DNA of 52,684 bases from Abditibacteriaceae bacterium (GCA_031425655.1 JANPJS010000261.1:1-52684), one strand, 5' to 3'; positions 37,773 through 47,635 are shown, counted from the first letter of the stretch. Numbers and translations are program-made. Notes: generated by a model not told the origin, from the sequence alone.

Positions 37773-40106
37773 CTACTGACCGATTTCGGTCGGCGTCTTG
37801 GAAATGACCTCGCCATCCTGACTTAACACCACGATCAAGGCCGGATCGCCCAGGAGATTATCGTCCGCGACCAGTAAAGCAACTTGGCCGTCCGCACCAA
37901 TTGGTTTGGTTTCTGTGACAACGGAAGTGGTCGCGTCCGCTGCCTTTGTGCGAATATCGGCCACAAGGCCCGGCGTAGCGCCGCTGACTTGAATGCGGCA
38001 ACGCAGACCCTTCCATGTGATATTGCCAATCGTTACGGTTGGCCCAGCCACATTGCCGCTGGTTACGGTCAGGACGGGCACAACGCATTCCTGCGGGCTG
38101 AGGCCGCCGTGTTCGTATTCTTTGCCTTCTTCAAAGCAGCAGATGCCCGGTGCGACAGCCATCCGAACTTCTTTATCCCAGTGCCAGGGCACGGTCTGAA
38201 TCGTTGTGTCGGATAAATCTTTCAGGCGAGCACAGCGGCCTTTGCGTTTTTCGGTAAGGTGTTCTTTCAGTTCCGCTTTAGGTAAGCCACCTGGCAAGAG
38301 CAGCCAGCCGTGATCGGTGACGATACGAACTTCTTTCCATCCGGCGTCCAATAACGCCTGCACGCGCTCGGTCAACGCACGCACTTCCTCGCCGACGCGG
38401 CGCGCCATCTTCCAGCCTTGTTCGTGGCCGTAACGGTCAAGGCTGCCACTTTCCGTCCAAGCACCACCTAACGACCGCTGGGTGTCGCTGCCGACTTCAT
38501 CGCCCATCAGCACCGGATAACCGTGCGCGCCTAATTCCTTCCGCAGCACTGTGATGTTGACCTTCGTGCCATCCGCAGCCACAACCGTGTCGAAATCGTT
38601 GCCAGGGCCAAGCAAGGACGCCACAGGCGATACCGCAGGCTTGGCGGTCGGAGTGACGCCGGGCAAGGCCGAGAATTTCCATTTGAGATCGGCCTTCAGG
38701 CCCTTAGTCTTCAGTTCCGAAGTGAGGCGCTGGGCGATGTCGAAGCGCAGGCCATCGGCAAATAAGAGGCATCGACCGGCGTGGGAAATACCGCCGGTGG
38801 ACTTTGGCGGCGTAGGCAATGGATGTTGGCGCACCGCGCTTTGAAAGGCTTCTGCTGTGACCCGAAGCCAATCGCGGTAAAGCGCATCAACGGCTCCCTT
38901 GACGACAGTAACATCATCGCCGCTTTCGACACCTGCCAGAGCCTCCAACACCGCCGCGTCGGCTTGCCATCCTTGAGCCGCATACGTTTCAGCGATCTCC
39001 GTAGGCGTGCTGCCGCCGCACGGCGTTTCCGTAGCAGTAGCTAATGCCAAGAGTGATGGCAGCACCTTCGCCAATGGCGCCTTTCCCAACTCCGCCCATA
39101 CCCAGGTGCGCCGCACACCATGCTCTTCTTCCAGAGCGCGCACCCTGCTACGAGCTTCCCCTGCGGTGAGACCCTGCAATGCCGCTAATTGCTCGCGCAA
39201 GGTGGCTTCAGCCTGCACGTTATCTTGAGGCCAGGATGAAGGCTCGTCAAAGAGACCGCTGCCTTTGGCGGGTTTGGCTCGTTCGAGCAGCGCAGGTAAG
39301 TTCGGATAGCGCCGGGGTGCGTGCGCGAAGCGTTGCCAGACACTCGACCAAGCGCCGTCCCGCTGTCCCATTTTTTCAGCGCCGGTCAGTTCGCCTTCGG
39401 TGTCAGGGTCGAACTTCCAACGCTCCTTGCAGATCGCCTTGAAAGCACTCCACTCGGCGGCATCATAAAGCACACGCTGGCCTTTGGGGTCGCAGAGCCA
39501 TTGCAAGAGCTTCTCGATCGGCTCTGGGTGAACGATGTTGTTGATTTTGGCAGCGGTTAGTGGTGCTTCATCGCGCAGGGCCTCGACGGGAGTATCGGCG
39601 AGTTTCGGCAAGGCGTGCAGCAGAGCTTCTTTGGTGGCGTTGTCGGTTTCAACGCGGATGCCGAGGCCGTGATCGGCGTTTTGCAGGAAAGCCGCAATCG
39701 TCCAGTCACGATGGTTAATATGCGTCCATAGCTTGCCACGATATTGCAACTCGGCCAGCGGCTGCAAAGCCGCCGGACACTCTTCAACGGCGCGCAATTC
39801 CTGGCGGCTGACACCCGGCAGGTAGATGATGGGAATCGTGCCTTCAGGCCAGTCGGCTTCTGGCAAGGTGCGCGCGATCATGCAGCGCAGCCAGATGGCT
39901 GGGCCGGTGCACGTGGTCGGTCCGTAATCGCCCAGCGTCAGCAATGAAGGCAGGACTTCTCGCAGACGCGGCACCAGGGCTTGCCACTGGCTTTCCTTGT
40001 CCGTCCACAGGATTGCCGCTGGCGCGACTTCCACCTGCTGGTTATAGGCTCCGGCACGTTCGAGGGCGTGTAAGAAGGATTGAAAAAAGGTGTCGGAGTT
40101 ACTCAT
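37773..40106 (-). CDS. pglZ: BREX-1 system phosphatase PglZ type B
   Basis: PAAILWTDKESQW, TGPAIWLRC, LFADGLRFD, LPGVTPTAKPAVSP, IVTDHGWLL, YEHGGLSPQECVVP. Confidence 0.93.
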   Translation of the reverse strand: MSNSDTFFQSFLHALERAGAYNQQVEVAPAAILWTDKESQWQALVPRLREVLPSLLTLGDYGPTTCTGPAIWLRCMIARTLPEADWPEGTIPIIYLPGVSRQELRAVEECPAALQPLAELQYRGKLWTHINHRDWTIAAFLQNADHGLGIRVETDNATKEALLHALPKLADTPVEALRDEAPLTAAKINNIVHPEPIEKLLQWLCDPKGQRVLYDAAEWSAFKAICKERWKFDPDTEGELTGAEKMGQRDGAWSSVWQRFAHAPRRYPNLPALLERAKPAKGSGLFDEPSSWPQDNVQAEATLREQLAALQGLTAGEARSRVRALEEEHGVRRTWVWAELGKAPLAKVLPSLLALATATETPCGGSTPTEIAETYAAQGWQADAAVLEALAGVESGDDVTVVKGAVDALYRDWLRVTAEAFQSAVRQHPLPTPPKSTGGISHAGRCLLFADGLRFDIAQRLTSELKTKGLKADLKWKFSALPGVTPTAKPAVSPVASLLGPGNDFDTVVAADGTKVNITVLRKELGAHGYPVLMGDEVGSDTQRSLGGAWTESGSLDRYGHEQGWKMARRVGEEVRALTERVQALLDAGWKEVRIVTDHGWLLLPGGLPKAELKEHLTEKRKGRCARLKDLSDTTIQTVPWHWDKEVRMAVAPGICCFEEGKEYEHGGLSPQECVVPVLTVTSGNVAGPTVTIGNITWKGLRCRIQVSGATPGLVADIRTKAADATTSVVTETKPIGADGQVALLVADDNLLGDPALIVVLSQDGEVISKTPTEIGQ

Positions 40107-40141
40107 TAGCACTAAGAGCTTGCACGTCTTATTTAACTGGT

Positions 40142-40178
40142 GTGAAATAAGGCCACTCAGAAGGCCGCCTTATTTCAC
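40142..40178. repeat. 12-bp inverted repeat in the pglX-pglZ intergenic region
   Basis: GTGAAATAAGGC-N13-GCCTTATTTCAC. Confidence 0.6.
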
Positions 40179-40215
40179 GAAATGGCCCTAAATTAAAATA
40201 AGGAGCAGACAAAGC

Positions 40216-43200
40216 TCACTTTGCCTGCGCCGCCTTCGCAATTTCCTTTTCGGCCCTTGTGAGATGTAAATCGTTCAAGCGTTCGCTGCCATCGGGGTTG
40301 GTGCCGCGATCTTTGTTCCAGTTGACGGTAAATTTGGAGCGTAGCACGCCAGCAGTAACGAAGGGGCGAATGTTGAGGCGCACACCGTCGTTTAAGTCCG
40401 GCTCCCAGCCGACCGGCTGCTCGTGACGCGCTTTCCAACGCACATAAATATCGTAAGGTGGCTCGCCTTCGAGAATGAGGCGCAGCGTGTTTTGAAGGTT
40501 TTGCGCGGCCACTAAACGCGCGTTGGCTCCGGCTTCTCCGGCATTGTCGGCATCACGTTGGGTGTTGATCCAATCGCCGAGGTAACGGAAGATCAGCTTT
40601 TCGAGCTTGGCGCGGTCAAGCGTATGATAATTGACGATGGCGGCAAAGCCGTCTTTGCGCCCGTCCCAGATGTGCCAGAGAAACGGGCGATTGTGGAAGA
40701 GACGGCAGTGCTGCGCGAAGAAGCCATCGCGCAGCCATTCGTCCAGACTTTTTCCAGCAAAGCCTGCTTCGCTTAGCAAATGCTCTTGGACGCCTGGCGA
40801 CCACTCAGCGCTAAAAGCAGCCGCCAGCAAAGCGCGCAAACGCTCAGCGCCGGGTTGTTCGCCTGCAACAGGTGGCAAGCAGACGATGCCATCGGAATCA
40901 GCGTAGGGCGCTAAGTTATCGTCCGAGTTTTGCGGCCAGCGATAGCCGAGCAAGCGCGCCATCGCAGTTTGCAGCGGGTCGGTGGAACGCGCTGGATGCC
41001 CGTCGAAAAGCCACTGCGTCGGGTCGTCCGAGTGCGGCTCCGGCAAGCCGTTGGGATATTGCTCGTCCGCCACTTTCTGCCAGCGGTCGAGATCGAACGG
41101 GACTTTTAATAAGGTTTGGTTGGTGACTTTCAACGATTGGTCTATGCGCCGCACCGCGATGTTGAACTCAGGCGACGAGCAGAAGGCCCAAATCGCGGGA
41201 AGATGCGCGGGGTTCAGCGGCCATATGACAGCACAGTTGTTGTCAAACAAAGTGCCTTCGTAGATGGAAACTGGCAATCCGCGCATTAAGCCAACAACGA
41301 TACCAGCTTTTCCCCAAACTTCTCCGCCTTGAATGCTTGCAACACCAATTTTTGCAAGGTCTTTGATTACACCTTCACCCTTCTGCCATAGAACGATATG
41401 TTCTTTTCCACCGAACAGAATGGTTGAAGTGATAGTGCTTTGGTGCAGGCTCCAATCGTCATAAACACTCGGTAGTTCCCAGAAGCAGAATATAAACCGA
41501 CTGCCATCAGCAGTTCTTAAGCCCCATCTGCTATCAGCAAATGTCTTTAAAAGGACGCCGCCTTCATGTTCTTCCAGCGAAACACGCGCATCAGGATTTT
41601 CCAACTGAGCCATTTGACTCACCAACTGCAACCCGCCTTCGCGCAGTAAAGCGGCTTTTTGCGACGGGACGCGCGGCGCGCTGGCGTCAATTCCCGCTAT
41701 CACGGTTTCGGCGGACGATTGACGACGGGTGAGAACGAACATTGCCGTAAATGCGCCTGCCGCTTGCGAACTTTGAAAGCCGTTTTCGCCCAGTTTCGCC
41801 ACGAGATTCCACGTTTCGTTTTGCAGCAGATTTTCGCGCAGCTTTTTGTAGGAGCCGAGAAAGAGCCAATTCTGTGGTGTGACGAGCGCAACACTACCGC
41901 CGGGCACGCAAAAGTGCAAGCAGCGTTCGACAAAGGCAGTGGCAAGATCGGCTTTGGCCGCAGGATGATGGCGCTCGCAGAAATCCGCTAAAGCGACTCC
42001 TTGCTTGCCGCGCGCCAGATACGGCACGTTGGTGACAACGAGATGATATTTACCAGCCAAGATTTGCCCGGCGCGCACCGCTCCTTTGGCGGTTTCGCCG
42101 AAGATGGCCGCCGCCGGATCGTCCGTGCTGCCAAACCTCTGCATCGCTTCTTCGAGTTTTTGCAGCACTTTGGCAGGCTCGGCCAGCGGCTTGAAACCGG
42201 CATTGGTCGCCGCGTGCGGGTCAATCAGGCTGCCGACATCAGGTGCGTCTTTGAACTGCATCCACAGTTCCCATAGGCTGGCGCTAAGTTGTCCGTCGCC
42301 GTGCGCCAAGCGCGTCCAATCGCTTTGCTTACCGCCGACCGCCAAACCCGAACACGCGATATTCGGGACAGGCAAAGGTCGGTAGCCACCAGCTTTCCAG
42401 GCCGCCAGCGCCAGGTTGAAAGCCGCGATTTGCGTGCAACGTGGGTCGAGTTCCAGACCGAACAGATTCTCTGCCAACACCTTGTCGCCTGCGTCGGCTT
42501 CGCTTAGGTTTTCTTCGATCATGCGGAAGCGCCGCAAGAGTGCAAAGGCCGCCACCAGAAAGTGACCTGATCCACCGGACGGATCAAGCACGCGAAGTTC
42601 TGCCGCTGTTTGCGGCCAGCCCGCAAAATCACCAGCCGCCGGAGTCCCATCGTCCTTGCGCCGTAGATATTCGAGATCAGTTGGCAAAGGAATATCAGGG
42701 TGCCGCGACACCCACCAGGCGCCGAGCGAGTTATGCAGCAGGAACTGCACCATGTAATGCTCGGTAAAAAGCTGTGTGACCGGCGAGATGTCGGCGCCGC
42801 CGATCTTCCTGCCACTTTCGTTCACTTCTTTCTTTCGTTGCGTCTGCCAGAATTGATAAACCCAGCCGAGGCTATCGTCGGCATGAAACACTTCAGCAGG
42901 CAAATCTACTAACAACTTCTCAAGCGCCAGCCGCCCTTCAGCAGCCAGTCGCACCTGCAAAACCGGATCGTCGTTGCGAAAGATGCCGGGCAGCATGGCT
43001 GAGGCATATCTTGCCGCTGCCATCCAGGCGTCGGCATCGCCTTCTTCCTTTGCCAGCTCCGCGCAGTCAGCCAATGTGATCGGCGAACTTTCGTCATACA
43101 TCAGCAGGTTGTTTTCAGCCAAGAAGCGTGCGAACAGCATTCGATGCCACTGGGCGTAGGCGCACTCGGCGACCAGATCGTCGAAACCACTCTGAACGCC

Positions 43201-43398
43201 ATTGCCGCTAAAGCGCCGTGCTTCAGCGCGCAGCAACTTCCACAACTGCCGGTCACTTTCGCTCATGCTGTCAAAGGCGCTCTCTTGATCGACGGCAAGC
43301 GTTTGCAGCGCCGCCTTCGCGGCTTTTTCGGCGGCATCACGAGCGGCCACAATGGTTTTTTCTAACTGGCTGCGTAGGGAGCTATGAAGTGCTGTCAT
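40216..43398 (-). CDS. pglX: BREX-1 adenine DNA methyltransferase PglX
   Basis: WHRMLFARFLAEN, LGWVYQFW, VTQLFTEHYMV, LDPSGGSGHF, VVTNVPY, WEPDLNDGVRLNIRPF. Confidence 0.92.
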   Translation of the reverse strand: MTALHSSLRSQLEKTIVAARDAAEKAAKAALQTLAVDQESAFDSMSESDRQLWKLLRAEARRFSGNGVQSGFDDLVAECAYAQWHRMLFARFLAENNLLMYDESSPITLADCAELAKEEGDADAWMAAARYASAMLPGIFRNDDPVLQVRLAAEGRLALEKLLVDLPAEVFHADDSLGWVYQFWQTQRKKEVNESGRKIGGADISPVTQLFTEHYMVQFLLHNSLGAWWVSRHPDIPLPTDLEYLRRKDDGTPAAGDFAGWPQTAAELRVLDPSGGSGHFLVAAFALLRRFRMIEENLSEADAGDKVLAENLFGLELDPRCTQIAAFNLALAAWKAGGYRPLPVPNIACSGLAVGGKQSDWTRLAHGDGQLSASLWELWMQFKDAPDVGSLIDPHAATNAGFKPLAEPAKVLQKLEEAMQRFGSTDDPAAAIFGETAKGAVRAGQILAGKYHLVVTNVPYLARGKQGVALADFCERHHPAAKADLATAFVERCLHFCVPGGSVALVTPQNWLFLGSYKKLRENLLQNETWNLVAKLGENGFQSSQAAGAFTAMFVLTRRQSSAETVIAGIDASAPRVPSQKAALLREGGLQLVSQMAQLENPDARVSLEEHEGGVLLKTFADSRWGLRTADGSRFIFCFWELPSVYDDWSLHQSTITSTILFGGKEHIVLWQKGEGVIKDLAKIGVASIQGGEVWGKAGIVVGLMRGLPVSIYEGTLFDNNCAVIWPLNPAHLPAIWAFCSSPEFNIAVRRIDQSLKVTNQTLLKVPFDLDRWQKVADEQYPNGLPEPHSDDPTQWLFDGHPARSTDPLQTAMARLLGYRWPQNSDDNLAPYADSDGIVCLPPVAGEQPGAERLRALLAAAFSAEWSPGVQEHLLSEAGFAGKSLDEWLRDGFFAQHCRLFHNRPFLWHIWDGRKDGFAAIVNYHTLDRAKLEKLIFRYLGDWINTQRDADNAGEAGANARLVAAQNLQNTLRLILEGEPPYDIYVRWKARHEQPVGWEPDLNDGVRLNIRPFVTAGVLRSKFTVNWNKDRGTNPDGSERLNDLHLTRAEKEIAKAAQAK

Positions 43399-44438
43399 GG
43401 GATTGCGTTTTCAGTTGTTTCTGCGCCATCGGCCTGATTTAATTGCAGAGCGCGTTCGCGGAGTGAAAGGGTATCGCCTTCGATAGTCCAGCAGTCTACA
43501 GATTTTATGTGTGGCTCTTTATAGTTACCTCCAAATTTGTCGCAGAGGGTTCTTGTCAAGCCGCGCACAGCATACACTTCGCCGTCGAACTCCCACTCAA
43601 ATGGATACAAACTAAATCCTTTGTATGTCGCCCACTTAGCTTTCTCGTCCGTGACATTTACCTGCTCTTGTGGATTATGTATCAGTTGGATGCGCGTTCC
43701 TACTTTGAGTAGGCCATGCCTGAAAAGAGTCTTTACACTTGGTTCGCGGCGATCACCAGATGGTTTCCGATCTTCTTGCCGTTTCTTTTCAGCAATTTGT
43801 TCGATGTATGCAGCCGCTGAAGGTAATGGAATGATCTGCTCTACATCGAGATAGAGATCGCTGCTTAACCGATAAGGTCTGGCTTGAAGACAGCGAATAT
43901 CTAAGCCGCGTGCGTTAAGCCACAGGACAGTCGTTGTAATCTCTTTAGAAAACGTCGGTGCAACCAGAACAATGCGCGGCGTATCGCCAATTATCACTTC
44001 ACTCGATTCGGATTCACCTAAATGTTCGAGCAGGTCTTGGCGGGCTTGATCGGGGTCTTTTTTCTGACGTGATAAAAATCGCTCACGCGCTTGAACTGCC
44101 ATCTCAAAGTCCATTGCGGAAACCATCGCAGCGTAGCGAATGGCCTGAAGCTCCATGTGCCCGCCTTCTTCTTCGATCTTCAACTCGATCACGACAAGGT
44201 TGGCTTTTTTATCCAGCGCCAGTAAATCAATGCGGCGTTTGCTGTCTTGCCAGCTATCGAACTCTTCACGCAGAATTAGCAAGTCTTTATCAATGGCATC
44301 AGGACGGTTTAGCAGCAATGCCTGCAAGTCTTGGCGTTCTTTCAATTGCTCGGCGGAATAAGTGCTTGGTGTTTGGGGCTGCAAATCGTAAGTGCGCTCG
44401 CTGCCTTCGCCTTCGATGCTGATTTTGTAAAGTGGCAT
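43395..44438 (-). CDS. NucS/EndoMS-like PD-(D/E)XK endonuclease with C-terminal RAMA-like domain
   Basis: ERQDLQ, RIDLLALDKKANLVVIELK, LQAIRYAA. C-terminal LFRHGLLKVGTRI...FDGEVY...DCWTIEGDTLSLRE. ATGA overlap with pglX. Confidence 0.75.
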   Translation of the reverse strand: MPLYKISIEGEGSERTYDLQPQTPSTYSAEQLKERQDLQALLLNRPDAIDKDLLILREEFDSWQDSKRRIDLLALDKKANLVVIELKIEEEGGHMELQAIRYAAMVSAMDFEMAVQARERFLSRQKKDPDQARQDLLEHLGESESSEVIIGDTPRIVLVAPTFSKEITTTVLWLNARGLDIRCLQARPYRLSSDLYLDVEQIIPLPSAAAYIEQIAEKKRQEDRKPSGDRREPSVKTLFRHGLLKVGTRIQLIHNPQEQVNVTDEKAKWATYKGFSLYPFEWEFDGEVYAVRGLTRTLCDKFGGNYKEPHIKSVDCWTIEGDTLSLRERALQLNQADGAETTENAIP

Positions 44439-44525
44439 GATTTCGTTTTAGGCTTCCGTTACTCAACGACAACAGGATTCCCGGCTGCAAAGTGTTTGAG
44501 AATCTACCTATGTGCCTGGGCTAAG

Positions 44526-44858
44526 TTATATGGTGGTTTTGGACGGCTTAACGGTTTTTAAACCGCTGGTGTGATGAGCGCGCTTCAGAGAATCCAAAGT
44601 GACGTAGCAAAATCTCATCGTGAAAGCTGTGCCTCTGCCCTTCCTATCGACCTTATCGTTGACAATCCGTGCAGGTAACTGAACGGTTTCTCTGTCTCTC
44701 TGAGTGGAAAGAAAAAGCACTTGATGCCAGTTATCAAGCCGATTTCCTTTAGCAGGCGGCTGCGGGTCGGCTTCGATCCTGTTTACAAGCCGTCTGAGCC
44801 GCTCTTTGATGTCCGCCACATCTTCTTCGTCCACAAACTCATCCGTCACTAATTCAAT
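44526..44858 (-). pseudogene. 3' remnant of a gene truncated by the IS
   Basis: The reading frame (...HQVLFLS...IVNDKVDRKGRGTAFT...YVTLDSLKRAHHTSGL) begins immediately at the IS end. Confidence 0.55.
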
Positions 44859-46054
44859 ACCTACCTACCGGACAGTTTAGGTAAGGCATGAAGTGGGACA
44901 AGGGCTTTTGGGAGATTTTGTTGGGCCACAAGCCGTTCGAGCCAGTTCCAGCCGATGCGAAACAGGCTCAGGTCGCGCCGGTCGTTGCGGTCAACGAGAC
45001 GGCGCTGCCCACGTTTGATGGCCTGAGCACCCATGGCCACCATCCACACAAAAAGCAGCACGACGGCCAAGGTCAGGCGTGATAAGCGCGCGAAGTGATG
45101 CAAATGCGTGGCTTCGAGGTCGCAGCCGTGCTTTTTAAAGTCCCCAAACATCTCTTCAATCCACATCCGTTTGCGGTAAGCAGCTAAGGCGGTGCGCGCG
45201 TCGGGGAGATTGGTCGCCAACAGCCACGCTTCTTTTTCCCCTTTTTCCCAGTGCAAAAGCAGATTCGTGGGGTGGGCGTGCTGCTGCGTGAGCAGGACGC
45301 TGGCAAACCACAGACTCTTTCCCCGACACGCAAGACCGGCCAAAGTGCGCCACTGCACACAGACGCCCGCACAGACGCCCGCACAGACGCCCGCCCGATG
45401 CGAGCCTTTTTGCCGCAAGCTGTAATGCCAGCCCCACGCTTCCAACTGGCGCAGGACTTCGACCGCGCCAAACTCGCTGTCACCCAACACGGTGACGGCG
45501 GCCTCTGGAGGCAGGCGCTTTTGCACCCACGAAAGAAGAACCCGCTGCTTGAGAGCCGTCGAGTGCCCGCGTGCGCTACTCACCCACGTCCACACGAGGG
45601 GCAAGGCGCGGCGCCGATACGCCAAAGCCACCATCAACAACTGATGCGACGAGCCAACTTTGGAGCCATCCACAATCAGGTGAACTCCGTGTGGGCTTCT
45701 GGCCGCTTGCTCCAAGAAACTCTTGGCCAACGGCTCATACCAACTCCGCACCTCCAACGCACGGTTTTGCAACAGGCGGGACAAGCGCCGTGTGAGACTG
45801 CACAGGGTTGCCGCGCTGCGGATTTTGACCGCGATGCGGCTCAGATGAACACTGCGGCCCAAAAACAAACCGGTCAAAAACCACGCAAAAAGGTGGATGC
45901 GGTTGCGTCGTTCGCCGGGGCGCAGTTGGCGAAGTTGCGCCACAAAGGTAGCATAAAGTTGGTTGCTCGACATTGGTTTCTCCTTGAAGATGCCCTATCT
46001 CTCAAGGATTCCAACTGTCGGGCAACCGTTCCCCAAACTGTCCGGTAGGTAGGT
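44859..46054. mobile_element. IS4-family insertion sequence, about 1.2 kb, with perfect 20-bp terminal inverted repeats
   Basis: ACCTACCTACCGGACAGTTT (44859-44878) and AAACTGTCCGGTAGGTAGGT (46035-46054); no flanking direct repeat visible. Confidence 0.9.
44861..45973 (-). CDS. IS4-family DDE transposase
   Basis: LIVDGS, VLGDSEF, WLLATNL, and the YREK signature YRKRMWIEEMFGDFKKHG; stop codon lies inside the IR. Confidence 0.92.
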   Translation of the reverse strand: MSSNQLYATFVAQLRQLRPGERRNRIHLFAWFLTGLFLGRSVHLSRIAVKIRSAATLCSLTRRLSRLLQNRALEVRSWYEPLAKSFLEQAARSPHGVHLIVDGSKVGSSHQLLMVALAYRRRALPLVWTWVSSARGHSTALKQRVLLSWVQKRLPPEAAVTVLGDSEFGAVEVLRQLEAWGWHYSLRQKGSHRAGVCAGVCAGVCVQWRTLAGLACRGKSLWFASVLLTQQHAHPTNLLLHWEKGEKEAWLLATNLPDARTALAAYRKRMWIEEMFGDFKKHGCDLEATHLHHFARLSRLTLAVVLLFVWMVAMGAQAIKRGQRRLVDRNDRRDLSLFRIGWNWLERLVAQQNLPKALVPLHALPKLSGR

Positions 46055-46057
46055 TTT

Positions 46058-47620
46058 TCATTTTATGTTTGCAATGCAGGCTTCGGCGACGCGCACGCCG
46101 TCCATCGCGGCGGAAACGATGCCTCCGGCGTAACCGGCGCCTTCGCCGGTTGGATACAGGCCGCGAATCTCGGTGTGTTGCAGCGTGTCGGCGTCGCGCG
46201 GCAAACGAACCGGCGAACTGGTGCGCGTTTCCACGCCAATAATCACAGCTTCTTCGGTCATATAGCCGCGCATCGTTTGCCCGAAGGTTTGCAAGGCTTT
46301 TTGCAGGCGCTCGGCCAACGGTTTCGGCAGCAATTCGTGCAGCGGTGCCGAAGTTAAACCCGGCTGGTAGGAACACTTCGGCAGGCTGTTCGAAACGCGA
46401 TTCGCAACGAAATCCGTCACGCGCTGGCCGGGCGCCCGCTGCGCGCCTCCGCCGGCTTCACAGGCCATGATTTCCAGCGATTTTTGATAGCGCACGCCGG
46501 CCAGAACATCGTTTCCAAACGCTTCGAGGTCTGGCGGCTCAACAGCGACGACCATGCCCGAATTGGCGAACGGCGAATCGCGGCGCGACAAACTCATGCC
46601 GTTGACCACGACTTCGTCGGGCGCCGTCGCCGAAGGCACAATCCAGCCGCCGGGACACATACAAAACGAAAAAACGCCGCGCTCCTCAACCGTCGAAGCC
46701 AAGCGATAAGACGCTGCCGGCAAACGCAGATCGCGCGCCTTTTGCCGATATTGAATTCGGTCAATCAACGGCTGCGGATGCTCGATGCGCACGCCCATCG
46801 CAAAAGATTTGGCTTCCAAATGGATGCTCCGCGCGTGGCAAATCTCGAAAACGTCGCGCGCCGAGTGTCCCGTCGCTAAAATCACGGCTTCGCCATGCAC
46901 TTCGTCGCCGTCAGCGGTCACCACGCCGCAAATGCGCCGTTCCCCAGCGCTTTCTTGCAGCAAAAAATCTGTGACGCGCGTGTTGAAGCGAATCTCGCCG
47001 CCCGCTTCGAGAATGCTTTGGCGCATCGCTTGAACGACTTTGGGCAGCTTATTCGAGCCGATGTGCGGATGAGCGTCAATAAGAATAGCGGGCGGCGCGC
47101 CGTGTGCGACCAGAGTTCTTAAAATGTCTTCGACGTTGCCGCGTTTGGTGGCGCGCGTATACAATTTGCCGTCGGAATACGTCCCTGCCCCGCCTTCGCC
47201 AAAACAATAATTGCTTTCCGCGTTGACAATTCCCTGCCGATTTATCGCTGCTATATCGCGCCGCCGCGCCTGCACATCTTTGCCGCGTTCAAGAATAATC
47301 GGCTTGATGCCAAGCTTGATTAAACGAAGCGCCGCGAACATTCCCGCCGGCCCGCAACCGACAATTACGACCGTGCGATTGCCGCTAACCGCGCGATAAA
47401 TCGGATGCGGCACGTCTTCATCGGGCGCCGGCTCATTAACGTAAACCTCGACTTGCAGCCGAACTTTCACGGTTTTGCTGCGCGCGTCCAAAGATCGCTT
47501 GCGAACGCGAATCGCGGCAATCTCTTCGATGGCCACGCCTAATAACCGCGAAACCGCGAGGTGTTGTGATGCCTCATTTGTCGCATCGTCGAGTTCCAAA
47601 ACCAATTCAAGAGAAGTCAT
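46058..47620 (-). CDS. Uncharacterised FAD-dependent dehydrogenase (COG2509-like)
   Basis: VIVGCGPAGMFAA, FGEGGAGTYSDGKL, LATGHSARD, SFCMCPGG, GVETRTSSP, GEGAGYAGGIVSAAMDG. Confidence 0.92.
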   Translation of the reverse strand: MTSLELVLELDDATNEASQHLAVSRLLGVAIEEIAAIRVRKRSLDARSKTVKVRLQVEVYVNEPAPDEDVPHPIYRAVSGNRTVVIVGCGPAGMFAALRLIKLGIKPIILERGKDVQARRRDIAAINRQGIVNAESNYCFGEGGAGTYSDGKLYTRATKRGNVEDILRTLVAHGAPPAILIDAHPHIGSNKLPKVVQAMRQSILEAGGEIRFNTRVTDFLLQESAGERRICGVVTADGDEVHGEAVILATGHSARDVFEICHARSIHLEAKSFAMGVRIEHPQPLIDRIQYRQKARDLRLPAASYRLASTVEERGVFSFCMCPGGWIVPSATAPDEVVVNGMSLSRRDSPFANSGMVVAVEPPDLEAFGNDVLAGVRYQKSLEIMACEAGGGAQRAPGQRVTDFVANRVSNSLPKCSYQPGLTSAPLHELLPKPLAERLQKALQTFGQTMRGYMTEEAVIIGVETRTSSPVRLPRDADTLQHTEIRGLYPTGEGAGYAGGIVSAAMDGVRVAEACIANIK

Positions 47621-47635
47621 TACTCAAAGATATTT

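Larger units (their letters stand above)
890..44858. mobile_element. Integrated genomic island or satellite-like element, right end truncated at an IS
   Basis: tRNA fragment at the left boundary; primase-helicase, HNH, TerS-like, DnaN-like, DUF932, TA and BREX cargo; abrupt switch to housekeeping genes right of the IS. Confidence 0.7.

Noticed and set aside
41990..42050. NVPY instead of NPPY in PglX as an inactivating change
   Set aside because: As I recall, this variant is usual in PglX associated with type B PglZ, and the ORF is otherwise intact.
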